From assembly GCA_963843835.1 (NCBI GenBank), contig CAWJMD010000008.1, positions 1,228,706 through 1,292,705 on the forward strand: a stretch of DNA of 64,000 nt, written 5' to 3'. A program made the translations under genes and the position numbers. Within the stretch, counting starts at the first letter, position 1. The number at the start of each line of letters is the position of its first letter. The notes below the pieces were generated by a model. That model was given only the letters and a program-made list of their open reading frames with translations. It ran no database searches and was not told the origin of the DNA. This stretch comes from an uncultured Actinomycetota bacterium (lineage in GTDB: Bacteria > Actinomycetota > Actinomycetes > Actinomycetales > CAWJMD01). Positions 20,785 to 31,443 of this stretch are shown one piece after another.

Positions 20785-21885
20785 GTGGTGATGCAGGACC
20801 TGGAGCTGGTAGGGGTTCACGACGACGGTGAGCACGTGCTGCTCACCGATCCTGACGGGTCGCGCTACCTCCTGCGGATCGACGAGCCGCTGCGGGCCGC
20901 AGTGCGTCGCGACCGCGCCCGGCTCGGGCAGCTGCAGATCGCGATCGACGGGAGCCTCCGCCCCCGCGACATCCAGACCCGGATCCGTGCCGGGCAGAGC
21001 GCCGACGAGCTGGCCGAGCTCTCCGGCCTGCCGCTGGAGCACATCCGGCGGTACGAGGGGCCCGTCCTCGCCGAGCGCGAGGAGATCGCCCGGCGGGCCC
21101 GCAACACCGTCGCCCTCCGGGGACCCGGCGGTGACCAGATCCTCGACGACCTCGTGGCCCAGCGGATGGCGGTGCGGGGCGTCGGCGGCCAGCGTGCCTG
21201 GGACGCGTGGCGTGACGAGTCGGGCGCGTGGCTCGTGCAGGTGTCGTTCACGGCCGCCACGAAGCCGAAGGTCGCCCAGTGGCACTTCGATCCGTCGGCG
21301 CGGACGCTCGAGCCCCTCGACGACGAGGCCCGCTGGCTCTCGGGTCGGGCGTCCTCGGACGCCGGGCCGCTGGGGGCCAGGAGGCTGAGCGCCGTGCGGG
21401 GCTCCGACAACGGTCCCGCGTCAGAGGTGTCCGAGCGCGTCTACGACGTGGAGGCCGACGGGGGCGTGCGCGAGAACGCTGTCGACGAGCCGGTGGTCCC
21501 GCGGACCGTGGACATCCTCGACGCCCTGCGCGGACGGCGTGGCCGCCGCCAGCCGCTGGACGACGGCGGTCCGGTGGATGGCGTCGGCGCCCCGATGCAG
21601 ACCGACCTGGTCGATGACCTGCTGGAGCGCGGGGACGCTCCGGGCGCACACCCCCCGGCGTCGCGCCCCGACGAGGCGACGGACGCGGAGATCCTCGCGC
21701 TCCCCGAGCCGAAGGCGTCGGTGGCTGCCCCTGCCCCTGCCCCGGACGGCGGCGAGTCGGGCGCTGACGCGGACCGGGCCTCCGACGCCGCGCCCGGCCA
21801 CGCCGTCCAGCGCCGCGCCAGCCGGTCGAAGCGCGCCACGGTCCCGAGCTGGGACGACATCGTGTTCGGGTCGAAGAAGGACTGA
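20785..21885 (+). CDS. sepH: Septation protein SepH (DUF3071)
   Basis: 366 aa. LELVGVHDDGEHVLLTDPDGSRYLLRIDEPLRAAV...LRPRDIQTRIRAGQSADELAELSGLPLEHIRRYEGPV, with a disordered C-terminus. The start may be GTG 20785/20788 or ATG 20791. Confidence 0.8.
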   Translation: MVMQDLELVGVHDDGEHVLLTDPDGSRYLLRIDEPLRAAVRRDRARLGQLQIAIDGSLRPRDIQTRIRAGQSADELAELSGLPLEHIRRYEGPVLAEREEIARRARNTVALRGPGGDQILDDLVAQRMAVRGVGGQRAWDAWRDESGAWLVQVSFTAATKPKVAQWHFDPSARTLEPLDDEARWLSGRASSDAGPLGARRLSAVRGSDNGPASEVSERVYDVEADGGVRENAVDEPVVPRTVDILDALRGRRGRRQPLDDGGPVDGVGAPMQTDLVDDLLERGDAPGAHPPASRPDEATDAEILALPEPKASVAAPAPAPDGGESGADADRASDAAPGHAVQRRASRSKRATVPSWDDIVFGSKKD

Positions 21886-21894
21886 GTCGGCCGG

Positions 21895-22569
21895 TCAGCC
21901 GGTCGGCGGTACCGCACAGACCTCGAGGTCGAACGGCAGCACGTCGGGCGACATCGCGGCCGCACGGGCGGCGTGGGCGGTCATCCGGCGCATGTGGTGG
22001 CGACGGCACAGGGTCTCGTACCCGACCTCCCCGGTGGTGTTGTCGACGTCGCCGACCACCACCTGCGCCCCCTCGACGACCATCACGCCGTCGAGGGTGC
22101 GGGCGTTGTGGGTGGCGCGTGAGCCGCACCAGCACAGGGCCTCGACCTGCAGGAGCTGCACGCGGTCGGCCAGCTCGACCAGCCGCGCCGAGCCCGGGAA
22201 CAGGCGGGTGCGGAAGTCGGCCGTGATGCCGAAGGCGAAGACGTCGACCCCCAGGTCGTCCACGATCCGCGCGAGCTGCTCGACCTGCGTGGGCGAGTAG
22301 AACTGCGCCTCGTCGCAGACGAGGTAGTCGACCCGGTGACCGGCCATCCGGCGGCGCGTCACCTCGTCCCAGAAGTCGGTGCTGTCGGTGACCTCGAGCG
22401 CGTCGGTGCTCAGCCCGAGGCGGCTGGAGAGCACGGACTCCCCCGCGCGGTCGTACCGGGTGAAGATCAGGCCACCGCGTCCACGCACCGAGTGGTTGTG
22501 GTCCATCTGCAGCGCCAACGTCGACTTGCCGCAGTCCATCGTGCCCGAGAAGAAGACCAGTTCCGCCAC
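21895..22569 (-). CDS. tdk: Thymidine kinase
   Basis: 224 aa with P-loop FFSGTMDCGKST, DEAQF, and the zinc-ribbon Cys pair CWCG...CRRH. Confidence 0.9.
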   Translation of the reverse strand: MAELVFFSGTMDCGKSTLALQMDHNHSVRGRGGLIFTRYDRAGESVLSSRLGLSTDALEVTDSTDFWDEVTRRRMAGHRVDYLVCDEAQFYSPTQVEQLARIVDDLGVDVFAFGITADFRTRLFPGSARLVELADRVQLLQVEALCWCGSRATHNARTLDGVMVVEGAQVVVGDVDNTTGEVGYETLCRRHHMRRMTAHAARAAAMSPDVLPFDLEVCAVPPTG

Positions 22570-22597
22570 GGGCGACCATCCTGCCCTAGCGGCCCGC

Positions 22598-23755
22598 TCA
22601 GCCGGAGCCGGGTGGGCGGACGAGCAGGGGGACGAGGACCTCGTGGTCCGTGCGCGCCCCGTGCAGGCCGATCAGTGTCCGCCCCTCGATGCGCTGCACG
22701 CGCGAGTCGTGCACGGCGCGGAGGGCGGTCATCGAGCACAGGACGTCCCCGATCCGGGGCTGGGCGAGGTCGCTGACCGGCCCGAACCAGCCGGCCGCGA
22801 TGGCCTCGTCGCGGGTCCTCACGTCGGCGTCGGCGCCCAGCACGTGGCGCCACCGTCTCGCGACGGCCTCGGCCTGGCCCGGTTCGCAGTAGAGCATCGG
22901 CGCCCTCGGCTCACCGCCGGTCAGCGCGACGCCCCGAGCCAGCTCACGGGCCACCGGGTCGGTGTCCGCGTCGGCCAGGTCGACCCGTGCCTCCATCGGC
23001 ACGTCGACCATGCCGTGGTCGGCCGTGACCACCATCAGGGTGTCGGACGGGAGACGCGCGGCCAGGGTGCGCAACCCCAGGTCGACCGAGGCCAGCTCGT
23101 CGCACCAGTCCCACGACCCGCAGCCGCGGGCGTGACCGGTCTTGTCGACGTCGCCCCAGTACAGGTAGACGAGGCTGCGCGGGGCGCTGCGGACCGCCTG
23201 GGCCGCCGCGTCGACGCGGCGGTCGAGGCTCGACGCCCCCACGAACCGGGCACCCCTCAACGCCGCCTCGGTGAGCCCCGAGCCGCCGAAGAAGGAGGGG
23301 CCGATGAGCACCACGTCGACGCCGTCGGCGGCGACCTGCTCGAACACCGGCGGTCGCGGCTGCCACGCGCGGGGGTCCGGGCCGTTCTCCCAGGACAGCT
23401 CGTTGAGCAGGTCGCCGGTGGCGGGGTCACGCACCTGGTAGCCGACCATGCCGTGGGTTCCGGACGACAGACCGGTGCCGAAGGAGCCCATCGAGGTGGC
23501 GGTCGTGGACGGGAAGCCGGAGCGCAGCACCCGCGCGCCACCGTCGGCGCGGAGCCCGGTGAGGAACGGGGCGTACGACGCGCGGTCGGCGAGCAGCAGG
23601 TCACCCAGGCCGTCGACCAGGACGACCACCACGCGCGGGTGGGCCGGCAGGGTCCACCCGGGTCGCACGACGTCGGGATGCAGGCATGTCACGCCGAGGG
23701 CGCCCGCCACCGCGGGCAGGACCTCGCAGAGCTCGCCGGTGGGTGCCGGCCTCAC
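22598..23755 (-). CDS. Alkaline phosphatase superfamily protein (nucleotide pyrophosphatase/phosphodiesterase type)
   Basis: Listed ORF 22598..23833. I place the start at GTG 23755 to avoid overlapping the upstream stop. VVVVLVDGLG...GFPSTTATSMGSFGTG...TADHGM. Confidence 0.7.
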   Translation of the reverse strand: MRPAPTGELCEVLPAVAGALGVTCLHPDVVRPGWTLPAHPRVVVVLVDGLGDLLLADRASYAPFLTGLRADGGARVLRSGFPSTTATSMGSFGTGLSSGTHGMVGYQVRDPATGDLLNELSWENGPDPRAWQPRPPVFEQVAADGVDVVLIGPSFFGGSGLTEAALRGARFVGASSLDRRVDAAAQAVRSAPRSLVYLYWGDVDKTGHARGCGSWDWCDELASVDLGLRTLAARLPSDTLMVVTADHGMVDVPMEARVDLADADTDPVARELARGVALTGGEPRAPMLYCEPGQAEAVARRWRHVLGADADVRTRDEAIAAGWFGPVSDLAQPRIGDVLCSMTALRAVHDSRVQRIEGRTLIGLHGARTDHEVLVPLLVRPPGSG

Positions 23756-23762
23756 GGAGCGG

Positions 23763-24398
23763 TCACTGGGCCGCGGTCGCCGGCGTGGCGGCCGCACCCG
23801 GCAGGCGTCCCCCGGTGGCCGCGGACAGGGCACGGGCGAACGCGAGCGCGTCGGCGACGGCGTCCCCGCCCTCGGCCGCAGACGCCACCCGCACGACGAT
23901 GTCGTCGCCGGCGATGCTGCCGGTGTAGCCGTGGTCGGCCTCGCAGCTGGGGTCCGCGCACGCGGCGGGCTCGAGGTCCACCCGGTGGACCGAGCCCCAT
24001 CCGATGGTCAGGCTCAGCTCGTGCGGCAGCGCGCCCGGCGTGTGCTGGGCCGGCTCCGGGACCAGGTGCTGCAGCACGACGGTGCGCACCTGGTGCAGCG
24101 GCACGGCCTCCGTCGACGCCGAGGCGTACGTGGTGGGGCTGCCCTCATCCGGGCCGTGGTCGTCCGCGTGGGCCACGACCAGCCGGCTGCTCGTGACCAC
24201 GAGCACGGTGATGTGGCGCCGCACCTCCTCGGAGTCGAAGGTCGTCTCCTGGTGCACGAGGTGGGCGTGCACGGCCTCGCCCGCGACCGCCGTGTCGACC
24301 ACCTGGGCGACGAGGGCGGGGTAGTACCCGGCGCGGTCGATGTCGTCCGTGAGCGTGGGCGGCAGGGTGGGTTGTGCGGCGGCCGGACGGCGGGTCAT
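23763..24398 (-). CDS. Conserved actinobacterial protein (DUF5998-like)
   Basis: 211 aa. LTDDIDRAGYYPALVAQVVDTAVAGEAVHAHLVHQETTFD... Recalled as the usual neighbour of the phosphodiesterase and Pat-type genes. The family name is from memory. Confidence 0.55.
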   Translation of the reverse strand: MTRRPAAAQPTLPPTLTDDIDRAGYYPALVAQVVDTAVAGEAVHAHLVHQETTFDSEEVRRHITVLVVTSSRLVVAHADDHGPDEGSPTTYASASTEAVPLHQVRTVVLQHLVPEPAQHTPGALPHELSLTIGWGSVHRVDLEPAACADPSCEADHGYTGSIAGDDIVVRVASAAEGGDAVADALAFARALSAATGGRLPGAAATPATAAQ

Positions 24399-24432
24399 AC
24401 GTCCATCCTGGCACCCCGGGGCGCTGCGGGGT

Positions 24433-27114
24433 TCACGTCCCTCCCAGCGCGCGACGGGTTCCGCGGTCGGTGCGTCCCGGGGGCGGCGCCAACCGCGCCG
24501 AGGCCGCGAGCACGCTCACGCCCACCTGGCCGACGAGGACGGGGAACAGCTCGAGCTCGGCAACCTCGGGCAGGTCGTCCGCCAGGCGCGAGACCCTGCC
24601 GAGCAGGTCCTCCAGCGCGGGCACGTCCAGAGCCGGGGTGCCTCGGTAGCCGAACAGCCGGGGTGCGGCCCGCACCGAGCGCACGAGGTCGGAGACGTCG
24701 ACGTCGGTCAGCGGCGGGATGCGGTGCGACATGTCACCGAGCAGCTCGCTGGCGTCGCCGGCCAGGCCGAAGGAGATCACCGGACCGAACAGCGGGTCCT
24801 CCATCGCGTGCACCGTCACCGGCACGCCCGGCCTGGCCATGGGCTGCACCACGAAGCCGCGGGAGACCGCCGGGTCGCCCACGGCGGACAGCATCTCCTC
24901 GACGTCGGCGCGCAGCTCCCGTGCCGACCCGACGTGCAGCCGCACCCCCTCGACGTCACGCCGTTCCCGCAGGGTCCGGTCGGCGTACTTCAGTGCGACC
25001 GGCCACCCGAGGCGCTCCGCGGCGGCGACGGCCTCGTCCGCGTCCGTGGCCCGCAGCGCCGGCCAGACGGTGATGCCGTAGCAGGCCAGCAGCTCCGCGA
25101 CGCGGTCCTCGCCGAGCGCCACCCCGCTGCTCGGGTGGCCTCCGTGGAGGGCGCCGCGGCCGGCGAGCTCACGGTCGACGAGGGCGCGTGCCGCGGACGG
25201 GTCGCAGCCGCTGGGCTCGACCGGCACGCCGGGGTCGCGTCGACGCCACTGCGCGTACCGCGTGACCGAGGCGAGGGCGCGGGCAGCGTCCTCGGGGGTG
25301 GGGAAGGCGGGGACGGTCTCGGTGCCGAGCATGCCCTCGTGGGTGACCTCACGGAGGCCGACGAAACAGGCCGCGCAGGTCTTCTCCGACCCGGCGGACG
25401 CCTCGGCCAGCGCGGACACCACGTCCTGCCCGAAGGCCCCGAGGGGCGGGATGAAGCTGGCGACCACGGAGTCCACCTCGGGATCGCCGAACACCTGTCC
25501 CAGGGCGACCCTGAAGGCCTCCGCGTCGGCCTGCGGCGCCACCGTGACGGGCGGCGCGACGTCGAGCCCCCAGCTGGTGGCGGCCTCCGCGGCCAGGGCC
25601 GCGAGCGCGTCGGAGTTGGCCACGACCGCCACCCGCTGCCCCGCCGGCAGGGGCTGGTGCACCAGCAGCTGCGCGACGTCGAAGAGCTGGTGGATGTTCT
25701 CGGTCCGGATCACGCCGGCCTGACGGAGCATCGCCCCGAACGCCTCCCGCGGGGCCTGCGAGTGACGCACCTCGTGGCCGGGCGGGACCCCGAACCCGCT
25801 GATCCCCGACTTCACCACCACCACCGGCTTGCGGCGTGCCAGTCGTCGGGCCACACGGGAGAACTTGCGCGGGTTGCCGACGCTCTCCAGGTACAGGCCG
25901 ACCGCGACGGTGCGCGGGTCCTCCTCCCAGAACTGCATGAGGTCGTTGCCCGAGACGTCGGCACGGTTGCCCGCCGAGACGAAGCTGGAGACGCCCAGGC
26001 CCCGCCGGGCGGCAGAGGTCAGGACCGCCACGCCCAGCGCTCCCGACTGGCTGAACAGGCCGAGCCCGCCCGGCTGCGGCAGCTCGGGGGCCAGGGACGC
26101 GTTGAGCCGCACCCCGGGGTCGGTGTTCATCATCCCGAACGAGTTGGGGCCGACCACGCGCATACCCTGCGCTCGGGCAGTGCGGACCAGCTCGCGCTGC
26201 AGGGCCAAGCCCTCGTCACCGGTCTCCGCGAAACCGCTCGAGACCACGACGAGGCCCTTGACGCCTGCGGTGGCGCAGTCGGCGACCACCTGCGGCACGG
26301 CGTCGGGAGGGACGGCGACGACCGCCAGGTCGACCGGCTCGCCGATGTCGGCCACCGAGGCGTACGCCGGGAGTCCCGCGAGCACGTCCGCGCCGGGGTT
26401 GACGGGGTACACCGAGCCCGTGAAGCCCCCGCCCAGCAGGTTGTCCAGCAGGGTCGCCCCCACGGACGGCTCGGTCGCGCTGGCCCCCACCAGGGCCACG
26501 GACCGCGGGTTCAGCAGCGCCGCAGGCTGGCGGCCTCGGCCCGGTGCTCCCGCGCCGCCATCACCGCGATCGACCGCTCCGTCGGGTCGATGTCGAAGTG
26601 CAGGGAGATGACCCCGTCGTCGTACGCGTGCGTGACCTCGTAGCCCGCATCGCGGAAGACCTGCACCATCTTCCGGTTCTGGGGCAGCACCTCGGCCACG
26701 AAGCGGTGGATCCCCCGCTCCCGCGCGGCCGCCGCGAGATGCTCCAGCAGCACCGAGCCGAGCCCGCGTCCCTGCTGCGAGTCGGAGACGTTGAAGGCCA
26801 CCTCGGCCTCGCCCGGCGCCGTCCGGTCGAACCGTCCCACGGCGATCAGGCGGTCACCCACCTCGGCCACGAGCGCGACGCGGTCGTGGTGGTCGACCCG
26901 GGTGAAGCGTTCGAGGTCGCGGTCGGAGATCCGCGGCATCGGCGCGAAGAAGCGCAGGTAGGTCGACTCGGGTGACTGCGCCAGGTGGAAGCGCTGCAGC
27001 TCGTCGGCGTCCCCCGGGGTGATCGGGCCGCAGGTGCGCGGTGCCGCCGTCCCGCAGCACCACGTCCGCGGCCCAGTGCCCGGGGAATCCCGGTCCACCG
27101 GGGGCGTCGGCCAT
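24433..27114 (-). pseudogene. Bifunctional GNAT N-acetyltransferase / NDP-forming acyl-CoA-synthetase-like protein (Pat-type protein acetyltransferase), two frame breaks as assembled
   Basis: MADAPGGPGFPGHWAADVVLRDGGTAHLRP (ORF 26854..27114), ITPGDADELQRFHLAQSPESTYLRFF...GNAT...REHRAEAASLRR (ORF 26511..27098), LLNPRSVALVGASATEPSVGATLLDNL... 688 aa (ORF 24433..26499). Breaks are near 27024 and 26518. Confidence 0.75.
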
Positions 27115-27148
27115 GGACCCAGGTTAGGGCCGCGGATGGGACGCTGCC

Positions 27149-27785
27149 GTGATGGAGCTGAGCGACGTGATCCGCAGACGACGGATGGTGAGGGCCTACG
27201 ACCCGGACCGGCCGGTGCCGGCGGCGCTCGTGCGGCGGATGCTCGAGCACGCGGTGAGAGCCCCGTCGGCGGGTTTCAGCCAGGGGTGGGACTTCCTCGT
27301 CCTGGCCGACGCCGGCCGACCGCGAGCGCTACTGGGCGAGCACCGCGACCGGGAAGGGTGGGCCGGACGACTGGCTGAGGGGCATGATGACGGCGCCGCT
27401 GCTGGTGGTCTGCCTCAGCCACAAGGACGCGTACCTCGACCGCTACGCCGAGCCGGACAAGGGCTGGACGGACCGCGACGAGGCGCACTGGCCCGTTCCG
27501 TACTGGGACGTCGACACCGGCATGGCAGCCCTGCTCATGCTGCTGACGGCCGTCGACGAGGGTCTGGGCGGCTGCTTCTTCGGGGTGCCGGCGGAGGGCG
27601 TCGGCGCGTTGCGCGACGCCTTCGACGTCCCTGCGACGCGACGTCCGGTCGGCGTGGTCAGCGTCGGCTACCCGGCCCCCGACCGCCGCAGCCCGAGCCT
27701 GCGTCGGGGACGGCGGGGTCCCGAGCAGGTGGCCCACTCCGGGCGGTTCGGCGTGGCGTGGGAGCCGCCCGGCCACGAGGACTAG
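27149..27785 (+). pseudogene. Nitroreductase family protein, one frame break as assembled
   Basis: MMELSDVIRRRRMVRAYDPDRPVPAALVRRMLEHAVRAPSAGFSQGWDFLVLADAG (ORF 27149..), then DRERYWASTATGKGGPDDWLRGMMTAPLLVVCLSHKDAYLDRY...GGCFFGVP... (ORF 27384..27785). An extra C at about 27317. Confidence 0.65.
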
Positions 27786-27849
27786 AGCGAAGCGGCCGCT
27801 CGCCGCGCGCCGCCGACGCGGCGTCGGGAGCGTGCGCGAGAATCGCCTC

Positions 27850-30318
27850 ATGGCCCGACGAACTCCGAGCGCACCTCCCCCGCCACCCGTCGAGGAGACG
27901 ATCGTCGACATCGACGTCTCCACCGAGATGGAGGGGTCGTTCCTCGAGTACGCCTACTCGGTCATCTACTCGCGGGCCCTGCCCGACGCCCGTGACGGGC
28001 TGAAACCGGTGCAGCGCCGCATCCTGTACTCGATGGCGGACATGGGCCTGCGCCCGGACCGGGGTCACGTGAAGTGCTCCCGGGTCGTGGGCGAGGTGAT
28101 GGGCAAGCTGCACCCGCACGGCGACGCCGCCATCTACGACGCCCTCGTGCGGATGGCCCAACCCTTCTCGCTGCGCCTCCCACTGGTCGACGGCCACGGC
28201 AACTTCGGCTCGCCGGACGACGGCCCGGCCGCCCCCCGGTACACCGAGGCTCGCCTGGCCCCCGCGGCCCTGGAGATGACCGGCGGCCTCGACGAGGACG
28301 TCGTCGACTTCGTCCCCAACTACGACAACCAGCTCACCCAGCCCGAGGTGCTCCCCGCGGCGTTCCCCAACCTGCTGGTCAACGGGGCGAGCGGCATCGC
28401 GGTCGGGATGGCCACCAACATGCCGCCGCACAACCTCGTCGAGGTCGTCAGCGCGGCACGCCACCTGATCAGGCATCCGGACGCGACGCTCGCAGACCTG
28501 ATGCGCTTCGTCCCCGGCCCCGATCTGCCCACCGGGGGCAAGATCGTCGGGCTGGACGGGGTCCGCGACGCCTACGCCACGGGCCGAGGCACGTTCCGTA
28601 CACGCGCCACGACGCGCATCGAGAACGTGACCGCCCGCCGCAAGGGCATCGTGGTGACCGAGCTGCCGTACACGGTGGGACCCGAGAAGGTGATCGAGAA
28701 GATCAAGGACGCCGTCCAGGCCAAGAAGCTGCAGGGCATCTCGGCGGTCACCGACCTCACCGACCGCGCCCACGGGCTGCGGCTGGTGATCGAGGTGAAG
28801 ACGGGTTTCAACCCCGACGCGGTGCTCGAGCAGCTGTACCGGCTGACGCCGATGGAGGACTCCTTCGGCATCAACAACGTCTGCCTGGTCGAGGGTCAGC
28901 CCCGCACCCTCGGCCTGCGGGAGCTGCTCACCGTCTACGTCGAGCACCGCCTCTCCGTGGTGCGCCGGCGCAGCGAGTACCGCCTGCGCAAGCGTCGTGA
29001 GCGCCTGCACCTGGTCGAGGGCCTGCTCATCGCGATCCTCGACATCGACGAGGTCATCCAGGTCATCCGCGCCAGCGACGACGCGGAGGCCGCCCGCGCC
29101 CGGCTGATGAGCGTCTTCGACCTCAGCACGGCGCAGGCCGACTACATCCTCGAGCTGAGGTTGCGGCGCCTGACGAAGTTCTCCCGGATCGAGCTGGAGG
29201 CCGAGAAGGAGCAGCTGCTCGCCGAGATCGAGGCGCTGGTCGAGATGCTCGGCGACGAGGCGCTGCTCCGGGGGGCGGTCAGCGACGAGCTGGCCGAGGT
29301 GGCGAAGACGTACGGCACGCCGCGCCGCACGGTGCTGCTGGAGGGTTCCGGGGCCACGACCAAGGCCACGGCGGCTCCCCTGGAGGTCACCGACGACCCG
29401 TGCTGGCTGCTCATGTCGGGCACCGGGCTGCTGGCACGTACCGGCGGGGAGGAGCCGCCGCAGTCCTTCGCCGACGGCGGCCAGCGGCGCGCGCACGACG
29501 TGGTCGTCGCCGCGGTCGCCACGACCGCCCGCGGCGAGGTGGGTGCAGTGACCACCCGGGGCCGGATGGTGCGGCTGGGCGTGGTCGACACCCCCGCGCT
29601 GCCCCCGACGGCCGGGCCGCCGAGCCTGTCCGGCGGGGCACCGGTGTCGGAGTTCCTCACCCTCGAGACCGGGGAGCGGGTCGTCACCCTCTGCTCGCTC
29701 GACGAGGGCTCGCCGGGCCTCGCGCTGGGCACGGCCCAGGGCGTGGTCAAGCGGGTGGCGACCGACTACCCGGCCCGCGCCGAGTGGGAGGTGATCTCGC
29801 TCAAGGACGGCGACGAGGTGGTCGGGGCCGTCGAGCTGCGCTCTGACGACGCCGAGCTCGTCTTCGTCACGAGCGACGCCCAGCTGCTGCACTTCGACGC
29901 CGGCAAGGTCCGGCCGCAGGGCAGGGCCGCCGGCGGGATGGCCGGCGTGAAGCTGGCCCGAGGTGCCCGCGTGGTCTTCTTCGGCGCGGTGGTGCCAGGG
30001 GCGCTGGGCGAGGCCGTGGCCGTGACGATCAGCGGCTCCTCGTCGGCGCTGCCCGGCACCGAGGCCGGGTCGGTGAAGGTCACCCCGCTCGCCGAGTACC
30101 CCGGAAAGGGCCGCTCGACCGGCGGCGTCCGGTGCCACCGGTTCCTGCGCGGGGAGGACGAGCTGATCGCCGCCTGGGTGGGTGCGGCCCCGGCGATGGC
30201 CACGGCCGCCAGCGGCGCGGCGGTGGAGCTACCCGAGGCCACCGGCCGCCGTGACGGCTCGGGGGCCCCTCTCCCCCAGCCCGTCTCGGCGCTGGGTGGT
30301 CCGATCAGCCTCGACTGA
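27850..30318 (+). CDS. parC: DNA topoisomerase (ATP-hydrolysing) subunit A, topo IV ParC-like GyrA paralog
   Basis: ATG 27850 in frame with ORF 27832..30318. [45 protein letters not shown], catalytic RYTEARL. Not adjacent to its B subunit and near sigA, as for Streptomyces topo IV. Confidence 0.85.
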   Translation: MARRTPSAPPPPPVEETIVDIDVSTEMEGSFLEYAYSVIYSRALPDARDGLKPVQRRILYSMADMGLRPDRGHVKCSRVVGEVMGKLHPHGDAAIYDALVRMAQPFSLRLPLVDGHGNFGSPDDGPAAPRYTEARLAPAALEMTGGLDEDVVDFVPNYDNQLTQPEVLPAAFPNLLVNGASGIAVGMATNMPPHNLVEVVSAARHLIRHPDATLADLMRFVPGPDLPTGGKIVGLDGVRDAYATGRGTFRTRATTRIENVTARRKGIVVTELPYTVGPEKVIEKIKDAVQAKKLQGISAVTDLTDRAHGLRLVIEVKTGFNPDAVLEQLYRLTPMEDSFGINNVCLVEGQPRTLGLRELLTVYVEHRLSVVRRRSEYRLRKRRERLHLVEGLLIAILDIDEVIQVIRASDDAEAARARLMSVFDLSTAQADYILELRLRRLTKFSRIELEAEKEQLLAEIEALVEMLGDEALLRGAVSDELAEVAKTYGTPRRTVLLEGSGATTKATAAPLEVTDDPCWLLMSGTGLLARTGGEEPPQSFADGGQRRAHDVVVAAVATTARGEVGAVTTRGRMVRLGVVDTPALPPTAGPPSLSGGAPVSEFLTLETGERVVTLCSLDEGSPGLALGTAQGVVKRVATDYPARAEWEVISLKDGDEVVGAVELRSDDAELVFVTSDAQLLHFDAGKVRPQGRAAGGMAGVKLARGARVVFFGAVVPGALGEAVAVTISGSSSALPGTEAGSVKVTPLAEYPGKGRSTGGVRCHRFLRGEDELIAAWVGAAPAMATAASGAAVELPEATGRRDGSGAPLPQPVSALGGPISLD

Positions 30319-31391
30319 CCCGGGTCACATCGGCCCACCGCGTCGGGGCTCTCCAGCGCCCACGCGACCGTGGTGTGCTCCACGCGGAAGCCCATGCCCG
30401 TGTAGAGGTCCAACGCACCACTGGCGTTGCCGGTATCGACGTCCAGGCCGGCGGTGTCCATGTCGGACGCGCCGAAGGCGCGCATGGCCGAGGCGAGCAG
30501 CGCGGGCGCCAGGCCCATGCCGCGGCGGTCGTGCCTGACCCCCAGGAGCCCGATCCAGCCCTGGGTGTAGCCCTGCGCCTCCCAGTCCTGCGTGTACGCG
30601 TGGCAGGCGATGTACGCCACGACGTCCGGTGGGCCTCCGGCGCCCGGGCCACGGTCGAGCACGACCCGCGACCACTCCCGCCGGAACGTGCGGTGTCCGG
30701 TCGTCCGGATCCGCCACATCTCCGCGTCGCGTGGCTGCGACCCCCAGTGCCCCGCGAACGCGTCGTTGTGGGCCAGCCGCGCCGCCTCGTCCAGGTCCTC
30801 CGTCCAGGGGACGACGTCGAAGCCGTCGGGCACCCCGAGGTCGGGGACGGGCTCCGCCTTCTCGCCCAGCGGCCTGACCATGTCGTGGAACCACCGGATC
30901 GGCGTCAGACCCGCCGCCCTGCTCAGGGCGTTCCGGTCGGAGAGTCGCTCCTGGTGGTTGACGACGATGCGCCACGGCAGGCCACCGTCCGGCGAGCCGT
31001 CCGGGGCGCCGCCCTGCTCGGCCAGCACCTGCTGCGCCCGAGCTACCTGCCAGGCCAGCAGAGCCCGTCCGATCCCCCGTCGGCGCCAGTGCGGGTGCAC
31101 CCCGCCCCAGAGGTAGACACGGCGCAGCGACGTCCCGGGGAGCGCCTCGACGTGCCCGAACGCGCGTGCCATCCCGTCACCGTCGATGCCGATCAGCGAG
31201 TCCCGGTCCGGTTCCTTGTGCGAGCCGTCGGTGAGCTCCTCGACGAGGTCGTCCCGGTCGTACCGCTCGCTGAGGTCGTCGTGCTTCTCGATCTCGGCCT
31301 CCAGCGCGAGCCACAGGTCGATGTCGTCGAGGGTGATCGGGCGCCAGTGCAGACCCAGGTCGTCCGGCGGCAGCTGCGGTGTGGTGCTCAC
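29766..31391 (-). CDS. GNAT family N-acetyltransferase (two GNAT domains); 3' end suspect
   Basis: 541 aa ORF. The first ~350 aa look like a tandem-GNAT protein ([10 protein letters not shown]..., [12 protein letters not shown]...). The last ~185 codons are antisense to parC and low-complexity. Plausible true stops in other frames lie at 30305 or 30325. Confidence 0.65.
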   Translation of the reverse strand: MSTTPQLPPDDLGLHWRPITLDDIDLWLALEAEIEKHDDLSERYDRDDLVEELTDGSHKEPDRDSLIGIDGDGMARAFGHVEALPGTSLRRVYLWGGVHPHWRRRGIGRALLAWQVARAQQVLAEQGGAPDGSPDGGLPWRIVVNHQERLSDRNALSRAAGLTPIRWFHDMVRPLGEKAEPVPDLGVPDGFDVVPWTEDLDEAARLAHNDAFAGHWGSQPRDAEMWRIRTTGHRTFRREWSRVVLDRGPGAGGPPDVVAYIACHAYTQDWEAQGYTQGWIGLLGVRHDRRGMGLAPALLASAMRAFGASDMDTAGLDVDTGNASGALDLYTGMGFRVEHTTVAWALESPDAVGRCDPGQSRLIGPPSAETGWGRGAPEPSRRPVASGSSTAAPLAAVAIAGAAPTQAAISSSSPRRNRWHRTPPVERPFPGYSASGVTFTDPASVPGSADEEPLIVTATASPSAPGTTAPKKTTRAPRASFTPAIPPAALPCGRTLPASKCSSWASLVTKTSSASSERSSTAPTTSSPSLSEITSHSARAG

Positions 31392-31443
31392 GGGTGGTCA
31401 GCGTAGGTGCCGGCCCTCACGGTGTCGCGGGTGTTTTCGAGGG

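Noticed and set aside
26499-26513. Pat locus as two genuine genes (GNAT, then CoA-ligase-like starting at GTG 26499)
   Set aside because: The conserved LLNPRSVALVGAS start of the CoA-binding domain begins upstream of that GTG in the shifted frame and runs across the apparent stop. This favours one fused gene with a 1-nt deletion.
24340-30138. Long antisense ORFs 24340..26643 (+, 767 aa) and 27658..30138 (-, 826 aa)
   Set aside because: They are antisense to the Pat-type gene and parC respectively. They show no family-like motifs, and their composition is a GC3-mirror artefact.
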